Part shown: piece by piece, positions 49,259 to 58,122 of the stretch
Position numbering within the stretch: the first letter of the stretch is position 1
How the letters are laid out: each line of letters begins with the position of its first letter
Assembly (NCBI GenBank): GCA_963650805.1
Contig: CAVJMG010000001.1
Location: 334,554-398,553, forward strand
Direction of reading: 5' to 3'
Source of the DNA: an uncultured Bacteroidales bacterium
GTDB lineage: Bacteria; Bacillota_I; Bacilli_A; RFN20; CAG-826
DNA: 64,000 nucleotides
The notes under the pieces: generated by a model
Told to the model about the DNA's origin: nothing
The model's input: only the letters and a program-made list of their open reading frames with translations
Database searches by the model: none
Made by a program: the position numbers and the translations under genes

Positions 49259-49283
49259 GCGGGCTTCGGCCCGTTTTTCTTAT
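49259..49283 (+). terminator. Rho-independent terminator after sipW
   Basis: gcgggcttcggcccgtttttctt: GC stem with a TTCG loop and a T-run. Confidence 0.5.
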
Positions 49284-49378
49284 GCTTATAGGCAATATGA
49301 GAGCATAAGCAAATGGTTCGGAGAATTTGAGGAATCGTTTTTTTGGGGGTTTAGTCGAAAGTAAAGGCTTCAGCCGAA

Positions 49379-50663
49379 CTATTTTTTAAGGATTTTCCAA
49401 TACCCCGATTTATTCGTCCCCGCCCGTTCTATCCTTTTTTCAGCTTTTAAGTCTTTGATGATTTTAACGACTCTGGTTCTGCCTAAGCCGGATAGCTCGC
49501 ATAGCCCACTTAGGGTGAGGCTTGGGTTTTGATTCAATAAGACAAGTATCTTGTTATGGCTTGGGCTCAAATTAGCCTCCAACCGCTCAAAGCTTGGTTG
49601 GAACGCAAAGGGGAAGGTCACTACGATGTGGTTCTCAAAGAGAGAGCGCCTCTTTTCCGTATTTGGAGATTATCAAAGGCACGCCGTGGCCGGTTTGCTC
49701 AATGTAATCGAGCTGCCCCATTATTTTCATCAAACTCATATTTATTGGATGGCTCACGCCTTGGAAAAATTCCTCTTTCGAAAAATCTAAAGGCAGGCCC
49801 CCCGTAGATACAATTTCAATTCGATTGGAGAAAATGTAGATTGCCGGAGGCACGTTTCTCGCCCATCTATTGTGCAAGCATGCGTTCGTCCAAGCCTCGT
49901 CTAAACAAGCTTCGTCAAAGAGCTTTGTTTCTTTTCTCTCTAGGCCTTGATTTAGATTCACTCTCGTTTCGTTGAACGAAGAGGCGAACTCATACGCTTG
50001 CCTCATCGCCAAAAGCATGCATTTGTATCCAAATTCGTTTCTGGAGATCATCTCCGTCTTGTCCTCGCCCCTGAAACGGACGACCTTAATGGAGCAGTTG
50101 TTATTGTCGGACAAAATTTCGGCAATGTAGTTGTATGTCCCCTTGGACGTTAATAAGCCCATATTCTTTGCGAATGTGGCGTTATCGCTTGAAAAACCAT
50201 GCGCTACATACAAAGACTTAAGCCCATTAAAGGTCAAATCTTGATCCAAAGACTCTATTTTTTCGGCGGCGAGGTTGGAATTGGTAAAGAACAAATCTCC
50301 GAGCTGCTCCGGCAATATCTTTTTATTTTCGCTACCAACGCGAATAAGATAATTTCCAAAACAGGCATAGGGTTTCTTGTCTCCGCTTGCTTCAACCTCA
50401 ATCACCGTTTTATCTCCATGGGCAATAGGAGTTATTTTGGCGAGTACGGAAAGAACAATTGCTTCTTTGATTCTTGTACCGATTTTCTTAATCGTTTCTC
50501 GGCTAAAATCTTTCGCCCCTTCGATTTCGGCGTTATCGAGAACACCAAAAGCAACCTTCCCATGACCGCTTTTATTAAGCGTGGCAGAGAGCGCCTCCAA
50601 GCCACGGTCTAATTGACTTGGGGATTTCTTGAATTCTACCGTTTCGTTTTCGTATCTCTGCAA
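49379..50663 (-). pseudogene. AlbA_2 (Schlafen-like) + HATPase_c_4 + wHTH putative transcriptional regulator, split into two ORFs by a frameshift near 49621-49635
   Basis: N-terminal …ENETVEFKKSP… (PF04326-like). The C-terminal ORF ends …RVVKIIKDLKAEKRIERAGTNKSGYWKILKK (wHTH). Confidence 0.55.
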
Positions 50664-50945
50664 ATAATCCGCGTTGCACTCCTCAACGAATAATGGTGTT
50701 TCACAAAACCCAAAACATCAATATAATCGTGCCACTATCGTGCCACTTTTTAGCGGCACGATTGGTGGCACATTCATTTTGCGGATTGGCCAATAACGTC
50801 GTTAGACGGATATTCTCCGCCAATTTCGAAAAAGCGCATTTGGTTTGCGTCCATTTCAGCCAACCCGAAAACGTTCGTTGCTCAAGGCAGTCTTAAACAA
50901 AACGGCGTTTCACCCAGATTCGGCACAACATAACGGATTGCCCTG

Positions 50946-52226
50946 TCAGTTCTTCAAGCAAGCAAGCGGGACAACCCAAACGCCGTCTTCCCTTTGATAG
51001 GCGTATTCCGTCGCGGTGATGACCATAAGGAACTCGGGCTTCTTCATTCTTTGATCATCAATCAAAGAAGCCAAGCGGAGCAGGTTTTTCGCTCCTTCTT
51101 CAATGCGGTCTTGATCGTGCAATTTAATTTCGAACGCGGCCCATTTGCCGTTATAAAGATGAATCACGGCATCGGCTTCAAGCCCGTTTCTATCGCGATA
51201 ATGGTAAACCTCGCCACCGAGGGTATCGGCGTATATCTTCAAGTCCCTCACGGCCAGATCTTCGAAAACTAAGCCAAACGTGTTCAAATCATTAATCAGA
51301 TCTTCTTTATAAGCTCCCAAGGCCCGGCAAGCAATGGAGGGGTCCACGAAATGCCTTGTCGGGGAAGTTCTTATGGTCGTTTTGCTTCTTAGATTCGGGC
51401 ACCAAGCTTTTATGTCATCTATCACGTACAATTTCTCGAAGGCCTTGATATAGGACTTAACGGTCTCATCGCTGATGAGCTTTTGGTTGCCGCCATTGAT
51501 GTCCGAAAGTATGGTTTCAACGCTGCATTCGGTCGATACGTTGCGGGCGTAGGAGCGCAAGAACAATTTGACTTTATCAATATCTCTAGAAACGTTATCG
51601 ACGCTTCTTATATCGTTTTCGACCAAGCCGTCATAATAGTTCTTCGCAATTTCCATCGACACCTTTTCGCTTTGCCCAACCGATTTTGGCCAACCGCCTC
51701 GGCAACAATAAAAAGCGTAATCGAGCAGTTTCTTATCGCTAAAGGCAGGATTCACCTTTTCATTTCGAAAAAGAGAGGCAAGGGATATTTGCCCGTTGCT
51801 ATCAAGCGACTCATAAAGGCTCATAGGGCGCATAACCAAAGAAGAAATCCGCCCTACTCCGCTATGCTGCTTTTGCTTTTCTTCTTCATCCATTAATGGA
51901 GTTGCGCTTCCAGTCAGGATGAATTGCCCAAATTCATCCCGTTTATCAATCTCATATCGAATATCGTCCCAAATAAACGGAACAATTTGCCATTCGTCGA
52001 TCAGTCTCGGCGTATCGCCGGATAAAAAGAATTCAGGGGCGTTTTTTGCCAAAGCTATATTTTGGTCCCTGTCTTTCCGATTCTGCATATAAACAGAGCT
52101 CTTCGCGATGCGCTCTGCGGTCGTTGATTTCCCACACCATTTGGGACCCTTTATCCAAACCGCCCCAGAACTCTCTAACTTTTCTTTCAGCAGCGTATCC
52201 GCGCATCTATTCAAATATTGCTTCAT
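50946..52226 (-). CDS. AAA+ ATPase with DUF4143
   Basis: VWIKGPKWCGKSTTAE Walker A. The C-terminus …VVPLACLKN is paralogous to 40056..41381. Confidence 0.8.
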   Translation of the reverse strand: MKQYLNRCADTLLKEKLESSGAVWIKGPKWCGKSTTAERIAKSSVYMQNRKDRDQNIALAKNAPEFFLSGDTPRLIDEWQIVPFIWDDIRYEIDKRDEFGQFILTGSATPLMDEEEKQKQHSGVGRISSLVMRPMSLYESLDSNGQISLASLFRNEKVNPAFSDKKLLDYAFYCCRGGWPKSVGQSEKVSMEIAKNYYDGLVENDIRSVDNVSRDIDKVKLFLRSYARNVSTECSVETILSDINGGNQKLISDETVKSYIKAFEKLYVIDDIKAWCPNLRSKTTIRTSPTRHFVDPSIACRALGAYKEDLINDLNTFGLVFEDLAVRDLKIYADTLGGEVYHYRDRNGLEADAVIHLYNGKWAAFEIKLHDQDRIEEGAKNLLRLASLIDDQRMKKPEFLMVITATEYAYQREDGVWVVPLACLKN

Positions 52227-52257
52227 GGGTATTCCCTCAATTGAATTTTAGAATCTA

Positions 52258-52349
52258 TTTGGCAATTTGGCAACGTTTCATTTGGCAATTTGGCGGTGTT
52301 TCATTTGGCAATTTGGCGGTGTTTCATTTGGCAATTTGGCAATCTCTTA
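52258..52349. repeat. About 3.7 tandem copies of a 23-bp unit (tttggcaatttggcggtgtttca)
   Basis: Read directly, 30 bp upstream of the ATPase start. The core ttggcg…tttca resembles the 38608-38674 repeats. Confidence 0.9.
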
Positions 52350-52445
52350 GGCATAAGCAAAACTGCGACATGGCCATTAAGGGCGATAAAGGAGGGCAGA
52401 CGATGCCTTTACCATAAAAGGCAAAGGGAAGATAATACGAGGGAT

Positions 52446-53555
52446 ATGAAGGTTTTACTGACAGGAGCGAAGGGATTCATCGGGAAAAACCTTTCCCTTC
52501 ATTTGCAACAAAAGGGACACGAGGTTCTCTCTTTCGACAAAGAGAATAGCGATGAGGATTTGAAGACTTATCTTAGCCAAGCTGATTTCATCGTGCATCT
52601 AGCGGGCATAAACCGTCCGCTTAAAGAAGAAGAGTTCTTCGACGGTAACGTCAACTTCACCGTTAAGCTATTAGACTACCTCAAAGCCTCAGGCAGGAAG
52701 ATACCCCTACTCTTCTCTAGTTCCACCCAAGCCGAGAAAGACAACCCCTATGGGCGTTCCAAAGCCATGGCGGAGTCCCAAATCTTCGCTTTTGACGAGC
52801 AAAGCGGCAACCCCGTTTACGTCTACCGCCTCTATAACGTCTATGGCAAGTGGTGTCGCCCTAGCTATAACTCCGTCATCGCCACCTGGTGCTACAACAT
52901 CTCGAGAAATATCCCCATTCAAATCAACCCTTCCGCGGGAAAGATAGATTTCGTCTATATCGATGACGTTTGCCGCGAAATCGTTTCGTTAATCGAAGGG
53001 GAGATATCCCCTTCTTGCAAGGATGTCCATCACGTTGAGCCCCATGACTCCGTAACGTTAGACGAGGTAGCAAGATTATTGCTAAGCTTCAAGGAATCGA
53101 GGGAAAACTTCCTCGTCCCCGAAATAGACACCCCCTTCAAAAAGAAGCTTCACGCGACTTACCTCTCCTATCTCCCAGAAAGCGAATTCGATTATCCCCT
53201 CAATAGCCATAAAGACCAGCGAGGCTCCTTCACCGAGATTTTAAAGACCGCCAAAGAAGGCCAGTTCTCCGTTAACGTCATTAATCCCGGGGTCACCAAG
53301 GGAAATCATTACCACCACACCAAAAACGAGAAATTCGTCGTTTTAAGCGGAACGTGCCTCGTCCGTTTCAGGAAGCTTGGAAGCGAGGAAGTCCTCTCCT
53401 ACACCTTAAACGGCGAAGAAATGAGGGTTCTTGATATCCCCGTAGGATACACTCACAGCATCCAAAACGTCGGAAAAGAGCAAGCCATCGTCTTCATGTG
53501 GGCCTCGGAGAGCTTCGATCCTAGTAACCCCGACACCTACCCCTGCAACGTCTGA
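52446..53555 (+). CDS. capF: CapF/WbjC-like bifunctional SDR + cupin enzyme (UDP-L-FucNAc / 6-deoxy-hexosamine pathway)
   Basis: MKVLLTGAKGFIGKNL… Rossmann N-terminal domain and a C-terminal cupin (…GNHYHHTKNEKFVVLSG…). Followed by capG. Confidence 0.7.
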   Translation: MKVLLTGAKGFIGKNLSLHLQQKGHEVLSFDKENSDEDLKTYLSQADFIVHLAGINRPLKEEEFFDGNVNFTVKLLDYLKASGRKIPLLFSSSTQAEKDNPYGRSKAMAESQIFAFDEQSGNPVYVYRLYNVYGKWCRPSYNSVIATWCYNISRNIPIQINPSAGKIDFVYIDDVCREIVSLIEGEISPSCKDVHHVEPHDSVTLDEVARLLLSFKESRENFLVPEIDTPFKKKLHATYLSYLPESEFDYPLNSHKDQRGSFTEILKTAKEGQFSVNVINPGVTKGNHYHHTKNEKFVVLSGTCLVRFRKLGSEEVLSYTLNGEEMRVLDIPVGYTHSIQNVGKEQAIVFMWASESFDPSNPDTYPCNV

Positions 53556-53566
53556 AAGGAAACCCC

Positions 53567-54718
53567 ATGGATAAGAAAATCAAACTCATGACCATCTTAG
53601 GCACCCGGCCTGAGATCATCCGCTTGTCTGAGGTCATCAAAGCCTGCGACAGGGCCTTTGACCACGTTTTGGTGCATACGGGCCAGAATTACGATTACGA
53701 GCTCAATCAAATCTTCTTTGAGCAGCTTGGGCTTAGAAACCCCGATTATTACCTCAACGTCGTCGGCACAAACCTCGGGGAGACCATGGGCCAGGTGATT
53801 TCGAAATCCTATGATTTGATCGCGGAGGTCAAACCCGACGCGATCCTCATCTTAGGGGACACCAATAGCGCCCTTTCCGCTATTTCGGCCAAGCGCTTAA
53901 AATGTCCCATCTTCCATATGGAGGCGGGGAACCGCTGCTGGGACTGGAACGTCGCCGAAATGACGAACAGGACCATCGTCGACCACATCGCCGACATCAA
54001 TATGCCCTATAGCTATTTCGCCTACGGAAACCTCTTAAAAGAAGGCTGTTCCCCAAAGAATACTTTCATCACGGGCTCCCCGATGAAAGAGGTCATCTCC
54101 GCCCACATAAGCGAAATCTCCTCCTCAAGGATCCTAGAGGAAAGAGGACTTGAGAAAGGGCATTACATCGTCATGTCCGCCCATAGGGAAGAAAACGTGG
54201 ACATCAAAGAGAAATTCGACCGCCTCTATCCTAGCCTCAATCGCATCGCCGAGCACTTCAAGATGCCCGTGGTCTTCTCCGTCCACCCAAGGACGAGGAA
54301 ACGCTTCGAGGAAAAGGGATTCGTCTTATCGAGCTATATCCGCGAGGACAAGCCCTTCGGGTTCTTCGATTACTGCGCCCTCCAAAAAGGGGCCTACGTC
54401 GTCTTAAGCGACTCGGGGACGCTTTCGGAGGAGTCTTCCATTCTAGACTTCCCCGCCGTGCTCATCCGCACCTCCAGCGAACGCCAAGAGGCCAATAGGC
54501 ACGGCTCCATCGTTTTAGGGGGCGTGGACTACGAAACCATCTTGCCCGCGATAGAGCAAGCTAGGGAAATCCATCGCCCAGGCAATTCGTTACCCATCGT
54601 CTTAGACTACTCCAGTGAAGACGTGTCGAAGACAGTCGTCAACATCATCGAAAGCAATATCGATAGAATAAATAAAGAAACGTGGCTCAAAGGAGTAAGG
54701 GACGAAGCTCATTTATAA
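53567..54718 (+). CDS. capG: UDP-N-acetylglucosamine 2-epimerase (non-hydrolysing; Cap5G/WecB type)
   Basis: MDKKIKLMTILGTRPEIIRLSEVIKACD…HTGQNYDYELNQIFFEQLGL…. Confidence 0.85.
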   Translation: MDKKIKLMTILGTRPEIIRLSEVIKACDRAFDHVLVHTGQNYDYELNQIFFEQLGLRNPDYYLNVVGTNLGETMGQVISKSYDLIAEVKPDAILILGDTNSALSAISAKRLKCPIFHMEAGNRCWDWNVAEMTNRTIVDHIADINMPYSYFAYGNLLKEGCSPKNTFITGSPMKEVISAHISEISSSRILEERGLEKGHYIVMSAHREENVDIKEKFDRLYPSLNRIAEHFKMPVVFSVHPRTRKRFEEKGFVLSSYIREDKPFGFFDYCALQKGAYVVLSDSGTLSEESSILDFPAVLIRTSSERQEANRHGSIVLGGVDYETILPAIEQAREIHRPGNSLPIVLDYSSEDVSKTVVNIIESNIDRINKETWLKGVRDEAHL

Positions 54719-54871
54719 GGGTTTCTTAATCGCCCAATAGCCCGTCTTTCTAGAGCCGACCCTTTCGATCACGCCGCTTTTACTAAGGGCTTTGAGGCGC
54801 CGCGGTACCGTTGCTGTCGACTTTTTAGTCAAAGAAGCCATTTCTTTCGTGGTGATATATTTGTTTTCCAT
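54716..54871 (-). CDS. Possible small winged-HTH ORF (about 51 aa), resembling the C-terminal wHTH of the AlbA_2-type regulators
   Basis: MENKYITTKEMASLTKKSTATVPRRLKALSKSGVIERVGSRKTGYWAIKKPL. Three 12-bp direct repeats (54905-54946) lie upstream. Confidence 0.3.
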
Positions 54872-55044
54872 AATGGAGTCGATGAGGCTCTTATCGGAAG
54901 GGTTTATCCTATCGTTTATTCTGTCATTTATTCTATCATTTATTGTATCACAGACCTTTGGGAGTCACGTGCGGAGAAACCCAAAAAAACGGCAGCCACC
55001 ACTGCTTCGACAACCCTATAAACGTAGGAGGCAAAACTTAAAAG

Positions 55045-55082
55045 ATGTGTTACAAACTTGAAATTTTGTGAGTTTGTAACAC
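55045..55082. repeat. Palindromic element gtgttacaaact-N12-agtttgtaacac abutting the 3' end of the ATPase gene
   Basis: Perfect 12-bp arms. It would form a terminator-like hairpin on the minus-strand transcript. Confidence 0.7.
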
Positions 55083-56312
55083 TTATTTAACGTCGATATC
55101 GATTTTGCCTAACAGCCACTCTTCGATATTTATGTGCCTAATAGGCCCTTGGGACATGTCGAAGTCGTCCATGCTGAAAACGTATTTAGGCGAAGGATCC
55201 TTGATCGAATCAAACGCGGAGAATTCTCTTTTCGCGGTTTCTTCGTCCGCTAAAAGATAGGCGACTTGGATAAAGCACTTGCCTTCGTCTTTCATGGCGA
55301 CGAAATCGATCTCGCCCTTATACGTCTTGCCGATTTTCACGTTGTATCCACGGTAAATGAGTTCGTTGTATACGAGGTTTGCCAAAGCGTGGGACACGAA
55401 CAATTTATTCGATGAAGCACAAGCTAAAACTAGACCGTTATCCATCGCGTATTGTTTTTCAATCGATTTGAGGTTTCTTTTCGAGGCGATGTCATAACGT
55501 TTGACCCGGGAAATAAGGAAAGCCTCCTCGAGCTTTCTTAAATATCGATACACGGTCTCCCTGTATATGGTCTCTCGATTGCTTTTGTTGAAATACTCCA
55601 CGACGTTATCCGCAGAGAATTCCTTTGATGCGTTGGAAATGACGTAATCGGCGATGGCCCTGAAGGATTCTTTGTTTATCTTCGAGGATGGGGTGCAGAT
55701 ATCCCTTTGGATGATGCCTTCGTATAAAGAAATAAGATAGGCTTTGATGTCTTTCTCAAGGGAATAGTCCATTCTTTGGGGCATGCCGCCATAACGGAGG
55801 TAATTCTGCAAAGGCTTATCGGGGATCTCTATCCCATTAACTCGGTAATATTCCAAGAACTCCTTATAGGAAAAAGGCATGATTTTGAATTCTTTGCAGC
55901 GGCCCACCAGAAGGCTGGCGAGCCTTCCTGAAAGAAGGGTCGAATTGCTGCCGGTGACGAACAGCGAGACGTTTTGGGTGGCCTTAAGGGAGGCTAGGGT
56001 CTTTTCAAAAGAGCGCACATGTTGGATTTCATCCAAGAAAACATAGTATTTCTTCTCGTCTTTAATTTTCCCTAGGATATAGGTGTTCAGCTTTTGATGA
56101 GAATGAAGCGAGGAGAAGGAAAGGTCTTCGAGATTGATGGAGACAATATGCTCCTGATCGATTCCGCGTTCTTCTAGAAGCTCTTCTTTGATTTGATTCA
56201 GAAGGACGCTCTTGCCGCATCTACGGATCCCAGTCAAAACCTTGATGAGGTTAGAATCGTAGAACCTTCGAATCTCCGTCAAATATTGATTCCTTTTTAC
56301 GTCCATAAGCAT
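55083..56312 (-). CDS. AAA+ ATPase with DUF4143
   Basis: VLTGIRRCGKSVLLNQ Walker A. 409 aa. Confidence 0.8.
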   Translation of the reverse strand: MLMDVKRNQYLTEIRRFYDSNLIKVLTGIRRCGKSVLLNQIKEELLEERGIDQEHIVSINLEDLSFSSLHSHQKLNTYILGKIKDEKKYYVFLDEIQHVRSFEKTLASLKATQNVSLFVTGSNSTLLSGRLASLLVGRCKEFKIMPFSYKEFLEYYRVNGIEIPDKPLQNYLRYGGMPQRMDYSLEKDIKAYLISLYEGIIQRDICTPSSKINKESFRAIADYVISNASKEFSADNVVEYFNKSNRETIYRETVYRYLRKLEEAFLISRVKRYDIASKRNLKSIEKQYAMDNGLVLACASSNKLFVSHALANLVYNELIYRGYNVKIGKTYKGEIDFVAMKDEGKCFIQVAYLLADEETAKREFSAFDSIKDPSPKYVFSMDDFDMSQGPIRHINIEEWLLGKIDIDVK

Positions 56313-56348
56313 CCTTTCGTTGAGTTAATAATAACGGATGAAACAAAA

Positions 56349-56394
56349 ATATGTGTTACAAACTTCGAATCTTTTTGAGTTTGTAACACATATT
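56349..56394. repeat. Second copy of the same palindrome family (atatgtgttacaaact-N14-agtttgtaacacatat)
   Basis: Perfect 16-bp arms. It lies between the MATE 3' end and the ATPase 5' end. Confidence 0.7.
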
Positions 56395-56491
56395 TGAAAT
56401 CTCTTGTGTCTGATAAACTTGAAGGAATGGGCCTAAAAAATGTAGGGAAACACCAAAAAGAAGTGGTCCTGTACGCGATTTAACCAAAATA

Positions 56492-57895
56492 TCACCGGCA
56501 TTCTCTCAAAAGCTTTTTGAAGTAACCTAGCGTTAAGGGCAAAGTGATGGACACCCCAATAACGTCGGCGAAAATCGACGAGTAAAGAACAAGTTCCAAA
56601 CCGAACCCTGGAGCAATCCTTTCTCCTAAATAAGGAAGAACGATGACGCAGGGGACGAAGACGAGGAGATCCCTGGACAAAGAAGATACGGTGGCCAAAA
56701 GAGGCCTCCCCGCGCTTTGGAAGAATAAGGAGGTAAGCTTAACAAAGACGGTCAAAGGAATTGATGCAAGCATGAGGCGGAACATCTTTCTGGCGAATTC
56801 GAGGTAGAGTTCCCTCTCCGCCCCACCATCGCCAAAGGGAAGAATGAACATATCGGGATAGATTTCATTGGCCAAAACAAACGCCAAAGAGATGCCTAAA
56901 CTCCAAAATAACGTAAGAAGGTAGGTCTTTTTGACCCTATCCGGTTTCTTCGCACCAATGTTATAACCGATGATCGGAGCCCCTCCTAGGACAATGCCGA
57001 TAGCGATGTTCAGCACAAAGGAAAAAACCTTGGTTTCGATAGACATCGCCGACAAAGGAATGTTGGCCCCGTATTTTGAACTGGGGCCCCATTTCGACAT
57101 CGTCGAATTGCAAGATAAGGATATGGCGACCACGGCGAGTTGGGTGATGAGGGTGGACACCCCAAGCGTCATGGGCTCTTTAAATGCGGAGAAATCGGGG
57201 ATGAAGTCTTTGAGGGTTAAGCGGAAAGTTTTGGAACGGAAGAGATAAGAGAAAGCCAATATGAAACTCACCCCTTGGCCAATTACCGTGGCCCAGGCCG
57301 CTCCTTCGATACCGGCGTTGAGCACATAAATGAAAATAGGGTCTAAAGCGATGTTTACGACGGCCCCAGAAGCAACGGCAACCATCGAATACACCGGGGA
57401 ACCGTCGCAGCGGATTACCCCAAATATCGCGTTTTGAAACAAGAATATGGGGAAGAACCAGGCGAGGATCCTAAGATAGGAAGATGCCATGGGAAGGGTT
57501 TCCGATGTTCCTCCGAAAATAGAGATGATGGATTCAGCAAAAACAAGGCAAACCACCATCAACACCACGGCGATGGCCTCGATCAAAACAATGGACGTCC
57601 CTATCGCTTTGGAGGCTTTCTTCGTGTCTTGCCTGCCTTGGCAAATGGAAAGATAGGAAGCGCAGCCATCAGAAAACCACCAGGAGAAAGCTTGGGTTAT
57701 TGTGATGATGGGAAAGGCAAGGCCTGTGGCGGCATTGCCTAAATAGCCAAGACTAGAGTTGCCAACGAAGATCTGATCGACGAGGTTATATAAGGAAGAA
57801 ATAAGAAGGGAGGAAACGGCGGGAATAGAAAAAGAAAGCAGAAGTTTCCCGATGGGGTCGTTGCCAAAATCGCGGATTGCATTCTGTTTTTTCAT
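56492..57895 (-). CDS. MATE-family efflux transporter
   Basis: …LLISSLYNLVDQIFVGNSSLGYLGNAATGLAFPI…. 12 transmembrane helices. Confidence 0.8.
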   Translation of the reverse strand: MKKQNAIRDFGNDPIGKLLLSFSIPAVSSLLISSLYNLVDQIFVGNSSLGYLGNAATGLAFPIITITQAFSWWFSDGCASYLSICQGRQDTKKASKAIGTSIVLIEAIAVVLMVVCLVFAESIISIFGGTSETLPMASSYLRILAWFFPIFLFQNAIFGVIRCDGSPVYSMVAVASGAVVNIALDPIFIYVLNAGIEGAAWATVIGQGVSFILAFSYLFRSKTFRLTLKDFIPDFSAFKEPMTLGVSTLITQLAVVAISLSCNSTMSKWGPSSKYGANIPLSAMSIETKVFSFVLNIAIGIVLGGAPIIGYNIGAKKPDRVKKTYLLTLFWSLGISLAFVLANEIYPDMFILPFGDGGAERELYLEFARKMFRLMLASIPLTVFVKLTSLFFQSAGRPLLATVSSLSRDLLVFVPCVIVLPYLGERIAPGFGLELVLYSSIFADVIGVSITLPLTLGYFKKLLRECR

Positions 57896-58002
57896 ATCTC
57901 CCTCCTATAGGCCAACACGGGATTATAAGGAAGGGTGGTGAAGTTGGCCATAAAAAGATTGCGTTTAACAATAGCTCCTAGCAATTCCATTAATAAGTTG
58001 GA

Positions 58003-58095
58003 ACTTTGCGGTTTACGGATATTTTCAACAAAAACTACTTTGCGGTTTTTATGGTTTTACTGAGAAATATACTTTGCGGTTTTTGGTTTTTATAG
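58003..58095. repeat. Three direct repeats (core actttgcggttttt) at a 34-bp period upstream of an ATPase gene
   Basis: Read directly. The array ends about 30 bp before the start codon. Confidence 0.75.
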
Positions 58096-58122
58096 CATAA
58101 TTTATACGAAGGAATCGAGATA

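Noticed and set aside
52258-52349. Possible CRISPR array (regularly spaced 23-bp repeats)
   Set aside because: The units are contiguous with no intervening unique spacers. The same is true at 38608-38674 and 41395-41457. No cas genes are present. These are tandem direct repeats, not CRISPR.
54792-55061. 89-aa plus-strand ORF with an (ILSF)n repeat
   Set aside because: It is the translation of the 12-bp tandem repeat and palindrome region. The minus strand holds the more plausible mini-wHTH ORF.
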